Shown: in pieces, positions 1-8,904 of the stretch | Layout: every line of letters begins with the position of its first letter | Numbering within the stretch: the first letter of the stretch is position 1 | Source: an uncultured Myxococcales bacterium | GTDB taxonomy: Bacteria; Myxococcota_A; UBA9042; CAIXZC01 | Length of the DNA: 29,951 nucleotides | Assembly: GCA_964576155.1 (NCBI GenBank) | Contig: CAZNWW010000002.1 | Coordinates: 1-29,951, forward strand | Reading direction: 5' to 3' | Notes under the pieces: model-generated | The model's database searches: none | The model's input: only the letters and a program-made list of their open reading frames with translations | Told to the model about the DNA's origin: nothing | Translations under genes and position numbers: made by a program

Positions 1-253
1 GGCCCGAAATCCCGAGGAGGGCGCGGATCACCAGATCCCGTCGGTTGACCGCAACGGTGATCCTCCCGTTCCGTGCCCGCTCCCAGCCCGTCAGGGCCAA
101 CCAGGGCACGACCCCACGAAAGAACACCATCATGAACAGCGGAATGTCGTCCCCTATTATCTTGGCCAGCGCGCTGAAGGTGGCGAAGGACACCGCTGCG
201 CCCATCATGCACGCGACCCCATACAGGTTGTCCCTCGCCTGGCTCAACGGCAC
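1..253 (-). CDS. DMT/EamA-family transporter, N-terminal part (runs off the window start)
   Basis: Not in the ORF track. Manual translation from GTG at 253 gives MPLSQARDNLYGVACMMGAAVSFATFSALAKIIGDDIPLFMMVFFRGVVPWLALTGWERARNGRITVAVNRRDLVIRALLGISG. The G..MM.A..F...ALAK...P....FFR pattern is typical of the first EamA repeat. Confidence 0.75.
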   Translation of the reverse strand, partial: MPLSQARDNLYGVACMMGAAVSFATFSALAKIIGDDIPLFMMVFFRGVVPWLALTGWERARNGRITVAVNRRDLVIRALLGISG

Positions 254-385
254 CTCCGAGGAGGGAACGATACAGCCCGGCACCTGTCACTGGCAAGCCC
301 TAGCCACCGGCCCGGCCGGTGACTATCATCCATAGGCATCAAGAAACCTGGGCCTCCCATCTCGACCCGTAGCCAAGGTCGCTCC

Positions 386-523
386 GTGAGAGGCCCTTCA
401 GGGCCGACTCTTTCCTGCTGTGGGAGGCCCTTCAGGGCCGACTCTTTCTTACTGTGGGAGGCCCTTCAGGGCCGAAGATTGTCGGGGCTGAAGCCCCTCC
501 CACAGCAAGAGTCGGGGCTGAAG
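386..523. repeat. Cluster of GTGG-type REP hairpins (BIME-like)
   Basis: Three direct copies of (T)GTGGGAGGCCCTTCAGGGCCGA with a 34-bp period (AGGCCCTTCAGGGCCGA at 391, 425, 459). These are followed by an inverted variant GTCGGGGCTGAAGCCCCTCCCACAG (481-505) and a partial copy (511-523). Each unit has a 5-bp GC stem and a TTCA loop; the cluster is intergenic. Confidence 0.8.
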
Positions 524-526
524 GGG

Positions 527-1192
527 TTACTTCCAGCGGATGGTCAGGGTGAGCTTCGTGTACCTCAGGGCGGCGCACTTGCATTTCGAGCCTTTGGGGC
601 AGCGGCAGCCTTTCATGGCCTCTGCGCGCAAGAGGCGGATGTTGAGGCCCTTCGGCTTCCAGAGTGCCTCCGAGTCGTTCTCGGTCTCCCTGACGGTTTT
701 GGGCGCCCCCCAGGTCTTGACGCACCAGGCACCAACCGGGGTGTCGAGGAGGGGGGATGCCTCCACCTTTGCGTGAGGCTTGCCGCCACGTGGGGCAGGC
801 TTGCCTCCGGGCAGTGCGGGGAACTCAATCTCCAGGCTTACGAGGCGCTCCGAGAGCTCGTCTATTGGCGCGACCCGGGCGGCGATACGCGCCGGGATCC
901 CCGCTACCTCCCCTCTGAGGTAGACAACATCAGAGGGTTTGGTCGCCATGGCATAGTACTTCTCCGCGATCTCAGCGCTGCAGCATTCGTCGAAGGTGTC
1001 GCACAAGGCAGCGCATTCTTCCGCCGTCTCGAGGCGGAAGCCGGGGACATCCTTGAGGTCCATCCGGGGGATCCCGTACTTGAAGCCCAACACTTCCGGC
1101 ACCGGGACAGGCTTCTCGTCGGCGACGGCTGCACCACTCCAGGCCAGGAACAAACAGGGCAGGATGCCCAGGATCAATCTTGTCGTCTTCAT
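527..1192 (-). CDS. Hypothetical secreted protein with short Cys clusters
   Basis: ORF 527..1204. Preferred start is the ATG at 1192 (GAGG 6 nt upstream). Sec-type signal MKTTRLILGILPCLFLAWSGAAVA; Cys clusters CAALCDTFDECC and CRCPKGSKCKC. No family recognised. Confidence 0.7.
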   Translation of the reverse strand: MKTTRLILGILPCLFLAWSGAAVADEKPVPVPEVLGFKYGIPRMDLKDVPGFRLETAEECAALCDTFDECCSAEIAEKYYAMATKPSDVVYLRGEVAGIPARIAARVAPIDELSERLVSLEIEFPALPGGKPAPRGGKPHAKVEASPLLDTPVGAWCVKTWGAPKTVRETENDSEALWKPKGLNIRLLRAEAMKGCRCPKGSKCKCAALRYTKLTLTIRWK

Positions 1193-1360
1193 CGTTGACC
1201 TCAATTCATGTCAGACATCTACCAAATCTACACGGTCAGGGGGGCGGTCGCCAGGGTTCATGAATCGAAGGGAGCCGTGGCAGCCCTATGCTCCTCTCCA
1301 TTGCATGGATCGCCTCTTGTCCGTAGGATTGACGCAATCGATCCCGCGCAGGAGCAAAAA

Positions 1361-3043
1361 ATGTCCCACGAGCCCGAGAAGATCATCTACTCCATGATGC
1401 GGGTGGGCAAGGTCCACGGCACGAAGCAGGTCCTCAAGGACATCTCGCTGTCCTACTTCTACGGGGCCAAGATCGGCGTCCTCGGGTTGAACGGCTCGGG
1501 GAAGAGCACCCTGCTCAAGATCATGGCTGGGATAGACACGGAGATTCTGGGCGAGACCGCGTGCGCGCCGGGATTCACAATCGGCTACCTGGAGCAAGAG
1601 CCCCTGGTGGATGAGGAGAAGACCATCCTCGAGGTGGTTCAGGAAGGCGCAGCGGAGACCATCGCCCTCCTGAAGGAGTTCGAAGACATCAGCATGTCCC
1701 TGGGGGAGCCCATGTCCGACGAGGAGATGGACAAGGCCATCAACCGACAGGGGGATCTCCAGGACAAGCTGGACGCGACGGACGCGTGGGACCTGGATAG
1801 CCGCCTCGACCAGGCCATGGACGCGCTGCGCTGCCCCCCGGGTGAGACCTCCGTGAAGATCCTCTCCGGCGGAGAGCGGCGCCGGGTGGCCCTCTGCCGG
1901 CTCCTCCTGCAGAAACCGGATATCCTGCTCCTGGACGAGCCCACCAACCACCTGGACGCGGAGACGGTCCATTGGCTGGAGCAGCACCTCCGCCGCTACG
2001 AGGGCACCGTCATCGCAGTGACCCATGATCGGTACTTCCTGGACAACGTGGCCGGCTGGATCCTGGAGCTGGATCGGGGCCACGGGATCCCGTGGAAGGG
2101 GAACTACTCCTCGTGGCTGGAGCAGAAGTCCCGCCGCCTGGCCCAGGAGGATCGTTCAGAGGACAAGCGCCTCCGAACCCTAGAGCGTGAGCTGGAGTGG
2201 GTCCGTCTGAGCCCCAAGGGCAGACGGGCCAAGGGCAAGGCCCGAATCAATGCCTACAACGACCTCCTCTCCCAGGAGATGGAGAAGCGTCAGGAGGACC
2301 TGGAGATCTTCATCCCCGCGGGACCCCGCCTGGGGGACATCGTCATCGACGCAGACGGCGTCCGCAAAGGCTTCGACGATCGGCTCCTGGTGGACGACAT
2401 GACCTTCCGGGTGCCCCCCGGCGCCATCGTGGGCATCGTCGGTCCCAACGGCGCAGGCAAGACGACCCTGTTCCGCATGATCACCGGAGAGCTGGCGCCC
2501 GACGCGGGGACCTTCCGTGTCGGCGAGACCGTTAGCCTCGCCTACGCGGATCAGATGCGCAGCAGCCTCGACGGAGAGATGACGGTCTACGAGGCGATCT
2601 CCGGCGGGAACGAGACGATCCAGCTCGGACGGTGGGAGGTCAACTCCCGGGCCTACGTGGCCCGGTTCAACTTCAACGGTGCGGACCAGCAGAAGCCGGT
2701 CTCCGCTATCTCAGGCGGAGAGCGCAACCGGGTCCACCTGGCCTGCATGCTCCGCCAGGGGGCCAACGTCCTACTCCTGGACGAGCCCACCAACGACTTG
2801 GACGTGAACACCCTGCGTGCCCTCGAGGACGGCCTCGGTGCCTTCGCTGGCTGTGCCCTGATCATCAGCCATGATCGGTGGTTCCTGGACCGGGTCTGCA
2901 CACACACCCTCGCGTTCGAGGGCGACAGCGAGACCCTCTGGTTCCCGGGGACCTGGACCGAGTACGACGAAGACCGTCGCCGACGCCTCGGCGCGGACGC
3001 AGACCGCCCGCACCGTATCCGCTACCGAACTCTGACGCGTTGA
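1361..3043 (+). CDS. ettA: Energy-dependent translational throttle protein EttA (ABC-F ATPase)
   Basis: Two ABC domains (GLNGSGKST/LSGGERRR/LLLDEPTNHLD and GPNGAGKTT/ISGGERNR/LLLDEPTNDLD), no TM segments, and the EttA-typical ELEWVR.SPKGR.AK linker. Start placed at ATG 1361 after AGGAG, giving 560 aa. Confidence 0.93.
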   Translation: MSHEPEKIIYSMMRVGKVHGTKQVLKDISLSYFYGAKIGVLGLNGSGKSTLLKIMAGIDTEILGETACAPGFTIGYLEQEPLVDEEKTILEVVQEGAAETIALLKEFEDISMSLGEPMSDEEMDKAINRQGDLQDKLDATDAWDLDSRLDQAMDALRCPPGETSVKILSGGERRRVALCRLLLQKPDILLLDEPTNHLDAETVHWLEQHLRRYEGTVIAVTHDRYFLDNVAGWILELDRGHGIPWKGNYSSWLEQKSRRLAQEDRSEDKRLRTLERELEWVRLSPKGRRAKGKARINAYNDLLSQEMEKRQEDLEIFIPAGPRLGDIVIDADGVRKGFDDRLLVDDMTFRVPPGAIVGIVGPNGAGKTTLFRMITGELAPDAGTFRVGETVSLAYADQMRSSLDGEMTVYEAISGGNETIQLGRWEVNSRAYVARFNFNGADQQKPVSAISGGERNRVHLACMLRQGANVLLLDEPTNDLDVNTLRALEDGLGAFAGCALIISHDRWFLDRVCTHTLAFEGDSETLWFPGTWTEYDEDRRRRLGADADRPHRIRYRTLTR

Positions 3044-4689
3044 GTGACGACGCTGCCTTCCTGACCCGGGCGGAGGACGACTACTACGGGGCGGGCGTCG
3101 TCGGGCCAGGTCAGCTCCAGGGCCTCAAGGGTTCCGTCCGGGCCGGCCCGTGGCACCAGGTACCCTTCGCCACAGGGGTGGGCTCGCCCGATCTCCACGT
3201 CCGTCCCCATGGTCAGGAACATTCGGATCAGGTCCTCCTCCAGCCATCCCGGCGGGAGGTCGAGACGCATGGTCCCCGGCGCGGAGCGCACGATGTCGGG
3301 CACCGGGCCGGGCCCGAAGGGCTCCGAGGAGGTAGTCACGAGATGGGTGCGGAGGCCGTCGGCTCCGTGGAGCAGGCGCAGGCGCTGTCCAGTGTGGGCC
3401 GCAATGAACGGCAGGTTGACCAGGTAGAGATCCTGGTCGCCATCCCGCACCTCAGGGGCCACTTCGAGCACCCGCTGTGCGATCTCACGGTTGCGGGCTT
3501 CGAGGCTGTGATAGGTGAAAAAACCCTGGAGTGCGTGGGCCCCGAAGAGGAGGACCGTTGCGATGAAGAAGAACGTCCGCAGGCGGGGACGCGGGATCCA
3601 TAGCAGGATGCCCGCAGCAAGGACTGCTACTCCTACGTTAGAGAGGTAGGTGTAATGGTTGGACGCCATGAGGGGGAGGGTCGGGATCAGGCCCGCCGCG
3701 GTCCAGGCCAGCCAGGCAGGGGTGCCAGGAGCCCGGCGAAGGATCCGGGCCACCGCGATCCAGCCGGCAATGGTCATCCCGGCGACGGCGGCGAGGGCCA
3801 GGGGCGTCTTGTAGAGAAATGCCACCGGCGCTACGGGCATTATCGGCACGGAGACGAGCCACGCGAAGTAGTAGTAGACGAGCTTTACCGCAGCGAAGGC
3901 TGGGAAGTCCGGGTCCGTCGGTGAGATGTAGTAGGGCTTGGGCGGGTGGGACCCCAGACCCATGACGCCCAACCGAAGTCCGAGATAGAGGACCGTGAGG
4001 AGGACGACCGGCCAGAGTCGGGCAGCGGCTTCACGGATGACCTTCGACACCGGGAGTCCGGGCTCCCGCCGCATCCATTCGATCAGTACGAGGAACACCG
4101 GAAGGGTCACCGCTCCCTCTTTGGTAAAAAAAGCAGCCGCCGCGCAGGCGAGCGAGCCCAGCCGCGCAGGGACGGAGCGGTCCCCGTCCAGGGCGCGGGC
4201 GTGGAGGAGGAGTGCTCCCAGGACAAAGGTCGCCATGAGCACCTCGGTCCGTCCCGAGATCCAGAGCACCGCAACGGTGTGATGCGGGAAGGCTGCGAAG
4301 AGGCAGGCAGCCAGGAGCGCATGCCCGGGTCCGATGCCCAGGCGCAGCAGGAGGCGCCGTACCATCACCGCGTTCAGACAGTGGAGCGCCAGATTGGTCA
4401 GGTGGTAGCCGAAGGCCGTGAATCCCCACACGGCGTGGTCCAGCTTGAGGCTCAATACGAAGAGGGGACGCAGGAAACGCACGGGCTCCTGGTCGAGGCA
4501 CCAGACCTCGATGGTGGCCGGGTCGAACACGGAGAATCCCTGCGCCAGCCCCTGTAGGCTCCAGGGCGCGGTCAGGGCCCTCTCGAGGTTGTGGAGGTCA
4601 TCCAGGAAGAAGCCGAGGGCGAGGGCGCACGCCCAGAAGAGGAGCGCCACTCCGAGGACGACCAGATCTTCGTTCGCAGGACGCTTCAT
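3022..4689 (-). CDS. GT-C-fold polytopic membrane glycosyltransferase-like protein (TMTC/PMT-like membrane core, no TPRs), paralogue 2
   Basis: Acidic FLDD motif after TM1; RPLFVLSLKLDHAVWG..AFGYHLTNLALH; LFAAFPHH..AVLWISGR; FTKEGA. About 11-13 hydrophobic segments followed by a soluble C-terminal domain. Confidence 0.72.
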   Translation of the reverse strand: MKRPANEDLVVLGVALLFWACALALGFFLDDLHNLERALTAPWSLQGLAQGFSVFDPATIEVWCLDQEPVRFLRPLFVLSLKLDHAVWGFTAFGYHLTNLALHCLNAVMVRRLLLRLGIGPGHALLAACLFAAFPHHTVAVLWISGRTEVLMATFVLGALLLHARALDGDRSVPARLGSLACAAAAFFTKEGAVTLPVFLVLIEWMRREPGLPVSKVIREAAARLWPVVLLTVLYLGLRLGVMGLGSHPPKPYYISPTDPDFPAFAAVKLVYYYFAWLVSVPIMPVAPVAFLYKTPLALAAVAGMTIAGWIAVARILRRAPGTPAWLAWTAAGLIPTLPLMASNHYTYLSNVGVAVLAAGILLWIPRPRLRTFFFIATVLLFGAHALQGFFTYHSLEARNREIAQRVLEVAPEVRDGDQDLYLVNLPFIAAHTGQRLRLLHGADGLRTHLVTTSSEPFGPGPVPDIVRSAPGTMRLDLPPGWLEEDLIRMFLTMGTDVEIGRAHPCGEGYLVPRAGPDGTLEALELTWPDDARPVVVVLRPGQEGSVVTQRVRVR

Positions 4690-6383
4690 GGACCGCAGAG
4701 CCGGTGAACCAGGGGGCCTTCGCCGGTATCGTAGAACGAGTAGATCCGGATACGCTCGGCATCCAGGGACTCGTCGAACCGCAGCTCCAAGGCGTCGACC
4801 TGGTCTTCAGTCCATCGTGGCGTCGCGGTCAGCCCGGGCACGTTGCGGTAGCTCCGGCCGGGGACGAGGGGTATCCGGAACAGGTGCACGTTCCATTCCT
4901 CCGGTGTCTCGAAGAGTGCCCGGTGTCCCGGAGGGGGACCGATGAGTACCGCATAGGGAGAGAGGCACTCGACCGTGGGGCCCTTGGTGGGGGTCTCCCA
5001 TTCCGGGGTGAACGTACCGAGGGTGGCCTGGATGTCGCCGTGTCCCGCGCGGAGTCGCAGGTGGGAGGCCACGTGGGACGCAGCCACGGTGAGGTTCACC
5101 AGGACGAGATGCGTCCCCTCGGATGGTGAACCGCCGATATCCCGCTCGATGTCCTCCATGGCCGTACGGTCCACGACGCCCTGCATGTGATAGAGGAGGC
5201 CACGCCCCGTGAACCCCACGAGGTAGAAGCAGACCAGGACGACCAGGGCGATTCGGCGCCGGCGGGTCGGTCGAGCGAGCGCGGCTGCCAGGATAAATGC
5301 GAAGCCTATTCCCGGAAAGTACAGATAGAGATCCGACGCCAGGATCGGCAGGGTAGGGAGGAAGGCCGCGGCCATCCAGAACCCACCGAAATAGCGACCT
5401 CGCTGTCCCTGTCCGGCGCGGTGTACGCCCACCGCAATCAGCACTGTGAGCAGCACCACACCAACGATCAGCCCGGGGTGCTCCAGGAGGAAGGCCGTGC
5501 CGAAGATCGGGACGACCGGCGCCATGGTGAGCACCGCGGCCGAGTAATGCGCCAGCTTCGCAACCGCGAAGGCCGCGAAGCCGGGATCTGTCGGCGCGGT
5601 GAAGTACGGCTCGGAGAGGGTCCCGGCGGAATCGAACAAGAGCAGGCGGTACGCGGTGAAGGCCACCAGAAGGGTTGCGAGGGGCAGGAGCGCGATCAAC
5701 GAACCGCGCCACCGGGTTCGAATCGGTCCGGGGCCCTCGAGGATCTCATAGAAGGCCGCCAGAATCCCCACCAGGACTGCGCTCTCTTTGGTGAGGCAGG
5801 CCAGCGCGGTGAAGAGCAGGGCCCAGCCCTGCAGCGTCGGACGGCGGGTCTGACGGGCGGTTACGTAGCTAAGAAGCGCAGCGACCATCCACATGGCGGC
5901 CATGCTCGTGGTCCTGCCCGCGGTCCAGCAGACCGCGGCGACGTTGTGTGGTTGGATGGCGAAGAGGATCGCAGCGATCCGCCCGAGGCGGTCGTTCCCG
6001 GAGATCCTGGTTGCGAGCTGCCCCACGAGGATCACGGTCACGAGATGCATGGCAAGGTTGATGGCGTGGTACCCGAAGGGCGCCAAACCCCATAAGGCCA
6101 GGTCCACCTTGAACGAAGCCATCACCAGCGGCCGGAAGTAGTGGTAGGCCGGCGCCGCGGGGAGGTTCCAGGTCGAGATGGACGTCGGGTCGAGGAAGGT
6201 GAAGGCGTCCCGGAGTCCCTCCCAGGTCCAAGGGGCCTGGGAGGCCCTCCAGAGCAGGTGCCAGTCGTCCAGGAACATGGGACTGGCAATCCAAGGGGCG
6301 CACGCGACCGCTGCCAGGACCATTGCCGGCCACGCGCGCAGGACAGCAGCTCGAAAACCGTGGGTCGGGACGCCACCCGTCAC
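4686..6383 (-). CDS. GT-C-fold polytopic membrane glycosyltransferase-like protein, paralogue 1
   Basis: Same motif series as the neighbour: MFLDDW; YFRPLVMASFKVDLALWGLAPFGYHAINLAMH; LFAIQPHNVAAVCWTAGR; LTKESA. Start and stop overlap both neighbours by 4 bp. Confidence 0.72.
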   Translation of the reverse strand: MTGGVPTHGFRAAVLRAWPAMVLAAVACAPWIASPMFLDDWHLLWRASQAPWTWEGLRDAFTFLDPTSISTWNLPAAPAYHYFRPLVMASFKVDLALWGLAPFGYHAINLAMHLVTVILVGQLATRISGNDRLGRIAAILFAIQPHNVAAVCWTAGRTTSMAAMWMVAALLSYVTARQTRRPTLQGWALLFTALACLTKESAVLVGILAAFYEILEGPGPIRTRWRGSLIALLPLATLLVAFTAYRLLLFDSAGTLSEPYFTAPTDPGFAAFAVAKLAHYSAAVLTMAPVVPIFGTAFLLEHPGLIVGVVLLTVLIAVGVHRAGQGQRGRYFGGFWMAAAFLPTLPILASDLYLYFPGIGFAFILAAALARPTRRRRIALVVLVCFYLVGFTGRGLLYHMQGVVDRTAMEDIERDIGGSPSEGTHLVLVNLTVAASHVASHLRLRAGHGDIQATLGTFTPEWETPTKGPTVECLSPYAVLIGPPPGHRALFETPEEWNVHLFRIPLVPGRSYRNVPGLTATPRWTEDQVDALELRFDESLDAERIRIYSFYDTGEGPLVHRLCGP

Positions 6384-7765
6384 GTGGTTCGTCCCCGCCT
6401 ACCGACATCGGTCACGAGGGCCGCCAGGGTCTCCTCGTACCGATCGGCCAGTCCCGCGATCATGGGTGTGTCCACCATGCTCGCCTTGTGATTGAAGTTG
6501 AAGCAGAGGCGGCCGCCGTACCGGATCACCGTCGTGTTGACGCCCTGGAGCCATGCACAGGGGGTCATGATTCGGAGATCCTCACCGATCCAACGGCGGG
6601 TCCCGAGCCGGCCCCCGTTCTCCGAGGGTGAGATAGCGACGAGGTTGCTGAACGGGAAGTTGAGCATGGTCCGCTTCGGTGCGAACACCGCCTGTCGGAT
6701 CCGGCCAAGCGGCATCAGGCGGGCGACCAGGATCTCGGCGAGGACCTTGGTGATGTGATCCCGCCGCCGGGCCTGCCGGTGGATCTGTCTGCGCAGGCTG
6801 TCCAGGAGATCCAGCGGACCGCTGTAGCGATCCATGTGGAAGTCGACAAGGAAGGACGAGAGGTGATTGGCGAAGGACTCCATGGTCCACGGCCGCGGAC
6901 GGACGTCCGCAGGGATCAGGAGGTTGAAGCGGCGAACCGGGTGTCCGTGGTCGCCGCTCCAACCGGCGAGGGCCAGCGCCAGGGCCGACGAGAGGACATC
7001 GTTGGTGGAGACCCCGGCGGCGCCTCGGAGCGCGCCGATCCCGGAGATCTCCTCCGGCTCCATCCAACGGTGATGGACCTGGTTGTGGCCCGTGTAGTCG
7101 CCGGGGAGGTTGCTCACGAGCTGGTCCGGGGGCCACAGGGAGTAGCGAATGATGTTCCTCATATGCAGGAAGGTCCCGATGAACCGTGCGCCGAAGCGCC
7201 GCAGGGCGCTCGGCTCCGCGACCACCGCCTCCGGGATCCGCTGGATGGGCTCGATCTCCTCAGGAAGCGTCCCCTCCGCAGCCTGATCGTAGAAGGCGCA
7301 GAAGTCCTCGAGGCAACGCCAGAAGGCCCGACCGTCTGCGATTCCATGGTGCTGCTGGAACATCAGCACGCCGCGGGATCCGCTGCGTCGCACCCAGGTG
7401 ATCCGGGCGGGGTAGTCCGTCGACATGTCGATGTAATGGTCGAAGATCTCCTGCTGGACTGCGGGGAACTGCGCTTCATCGCCGGTGAGATCCACGACCC
7501 GGAAGAGATCGTCGAGTCGGGGCGTTGGGTCGACCTCGTACACAATGCGCCGGGAGGCCTCCAGGGTGTTGCCGTCCTTCACCGGCACAGCGCGGGAGAC
7601 CAGGACCGGATAGCGCCGGGCCAGCACGGCCACGGTCCGTCGGGTGATGTCTTCGTCCAGATCCCCGTCTATGTGGAGCTGCCACACCGGTGCGGAGGAG
7701 ATCCCGTGCTCTCGGCTGGTGGCCGCAAGACAGATCGTGTCGAGATAGTCGAACGGGAATCGCAT
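6380..7765 (-). CDS. Stand-alone condensation-domain / CoA-dependent acyltransferase (HHxxxDG)
   Basis: FQQHHGIADGRAF catalytic motif; typical second-half features (STNDVLSSALALAL, IPADVRPR, FANHLS, NFPFSNL). 461 aa with no adenylation or carrier domain. Confidence 0.82.
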   Translation of the reverse strand: MRFPFDYLDTICLAATSREHGISSAPVWQLHIDGDLDEDITRRTVAVLARRYPVLVSRAVPVKDGNTLEASRRIVYEVDPTPRLDDLFRVVDLTGDEAQFPAVQQEIFDHYIDMSTDYPARITWVRRSGSRGVLMFQQHHGIADGRAFWRCLEDFCAFYDQAAEGTLPEEIEPIQRIPEAVVAEPSALRRFGARFIGTFLHMRNIIRYSLWPPDQLVSNLPGDYTGHNQVHHRWMEPEEISGIGALRGAAGVSTNDVLSSALALALAGWSGDHGHPVRRFNLLIPADVRPRPWTMESFANHLSSFLVDFHMDRYSGPLDLLDSLRRQIHRQARRRDHITKVLAEILVARLMPLGRIRQAVFAPKRTMLNFPFSNLVAISPSENGGRLGTRRWIGEDLRIMTPCAWLQGVNTTVIRYGGRLCFNFNHKASMVDTPMIAGLADRYEETLAALVTDVGRRGRTT

Positions 7766-7778
7766 AGGCTTGGAATCA

Positions 7779-8831
7779 TTACGGCAGCAAGTGGTGGGCG
7801 AAGTCCAACAGGATCTTGTACGAGGGCCCGTCGAAGCCCCCCTCTACGATGGCCATGACACCGAAGCAGAGCGTGCCCCCGAGGACCGACGCCCAGGCCA
7901 CCCGCAGAAAGAGCTCCCAGTTTCGCCGCTGCGGCGTCAGATCATCCCGGTCCTGAAGCGCGAAGACGAAATACGAGAACGGGAGGAACGCGCCGAACCA
8001 GGCGGCGTAGTTGAGCACAGGGACACCCAGGAGCAGGGCGGGGAGAGTTTCGTTCCACTGCCAGAACACCCCGGACATGGACGCCAGCGGGTCGAGCTGA
8101 GCGTCCATGCTGAGGGCCAGGGCCGTGGTGACCACGGCCCGGCGCCATGCGTTGACTTTGAGCCAGGGGATCCACTCAGCGAGCTGCTCTACGAGCACGA
8201 TGGTGATGTAGAAGACCAGGCTCCAGCCGAGCATGGTGCAGAGTGGTGCCGGCAAGGGGCCCAGGTAGAGGCGGAAGCTGGGCTCGGAGAAGAAGCCCAT
8301 GATGATCCCCGTGTTCTCGAGGATCAGGCCGTATAGGAAGGTGACCCCGAAGAACATCAGGAAGCCATGCCAGCCGCGGGTAAGGACCACGTGCGCGACA
8401 AAGATCAGGACCCAGAAGAACTGGGTCCCCTCGAAGAGGGTCGTGAGCGCGTCGTGGGAGAGCGGATGGGGTCGGTGGAGCAAGGTGACCAGGAGCGGAA
8501 AGCCCACAGCGAGGCCGGCCAGGGCCGCGTAGGCCTTCCATCGATTATCGAGGCGCCCGGAGCGCCGGACCCGCAGCACGAAGAAGAACACGAACCACGC
8601 CATGGGGAACGCAATGGTGGGCACGAAGTCCATGCGGGACAGGCCCAGTGCAGAGAAACCATCCTGAGGGAAGTTGGCCAGAGCCGCGTGCAGAAGTCCC
8701 ACTGCAGAGAGGAAGATGAACCAGACTGGCATGAATCGCAGGAACTCGTCCTTGAGGCCGGCGGCCGAGACGATGTTGGGCTGCGCCCGGGAATCGGGCA
8801 TTGCGAAAGTGCCGGTGTCCGTGTTCTCCAA
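7779..8831 (-). CDS. CruF-like (carotenoid biosynthesis protein / DUF422-type) membrane hydratase with extra N-terminal TM region
   Basis: LYGLILENTG..G, LGPLPAPLC.MLGW, ALSMDAQLDPLA....FWQW and GVPVLNYAAWF match the CruF family pattern. Start is TTG 8831 or ATG 8801. Confidence 0.75.
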   Translation of the reverse strand: MENTDTGTFAMPDSRAQPNIVSAAGLKDEFLRFMPVWFIFLSAVGLLHAALANFPQDGFSALGLSRMDFVPTIAFPMAWFVFFFVLRVRRSGRLDNRWKAYAALAGLAVGFPLLVTLLHRPHPLSHDALTTLFEGTQFFWVLIFVAHVVLTRGWHGFLMFFGVTFLYGLILENTGIIMGFFSEPSFRLYLGPLPAPLCTMLGWSLVFYITIVLVEQLAEWIPWLKVNAWRRAVVTTALALSMDAQLDPLASMSGVFWQWNETLPALLLGVPVLNYAAWFGAFLPFSYFVFALQDRDDLTPQRRNWELFLRVAWASVLGGTLCFGVMAIVEGGFDGPSYKILLDFAHHLLP

Positions 8832-8863
8832 GGCATCCCCCCCAAAGAAGAAACGTTCCCGTA

Positions 8864-8893
8864 TTTATACTGGAAAGGGGTGACTCGAATCAA
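8864..8893 (-). promoter_or_regulatory. Putative sigma70-type promoter for the CruF-like/acyltransferase/GT-C operon
   Basis: Minus strand reads TTGATT-N18-TATAAA in the AT-rich gap between the rSAM stop (8905) and the next start (8831). Confidence 0.4.
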
Positions 8894-8904
8894 GTGGATG
8901 GTCG

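Noticed and set aside
386-523. Possible CRISPR array
   Set aside because: The period is only 34 bp with about 10 nt of near-identical linker rather than unique spacers, the orientation flips within the cluster, and no cas genes are present. It fits REP/BIME structure.
1208-1360. N-terminal extension of EttA in the ORF track
   Set aside because: Family similarity begins at MSHEPEKIIYSM, and ATG 1361 has a good RBS.
3022-3043. 22-bp convergent overlap between ettA and the GT-C gene as antisense regulation
   Set aside because: Short tail-to-tail overlaps are common in compact GC-rich genomes, and nothing else supports a function.
3022-8831. Conventional carotenoid biosynthesis cluster
   Set aside because: No phytoene synthase, desaturase, cyclase or GGPP synthase gene is in the window; only the CruF-like gene points that way.
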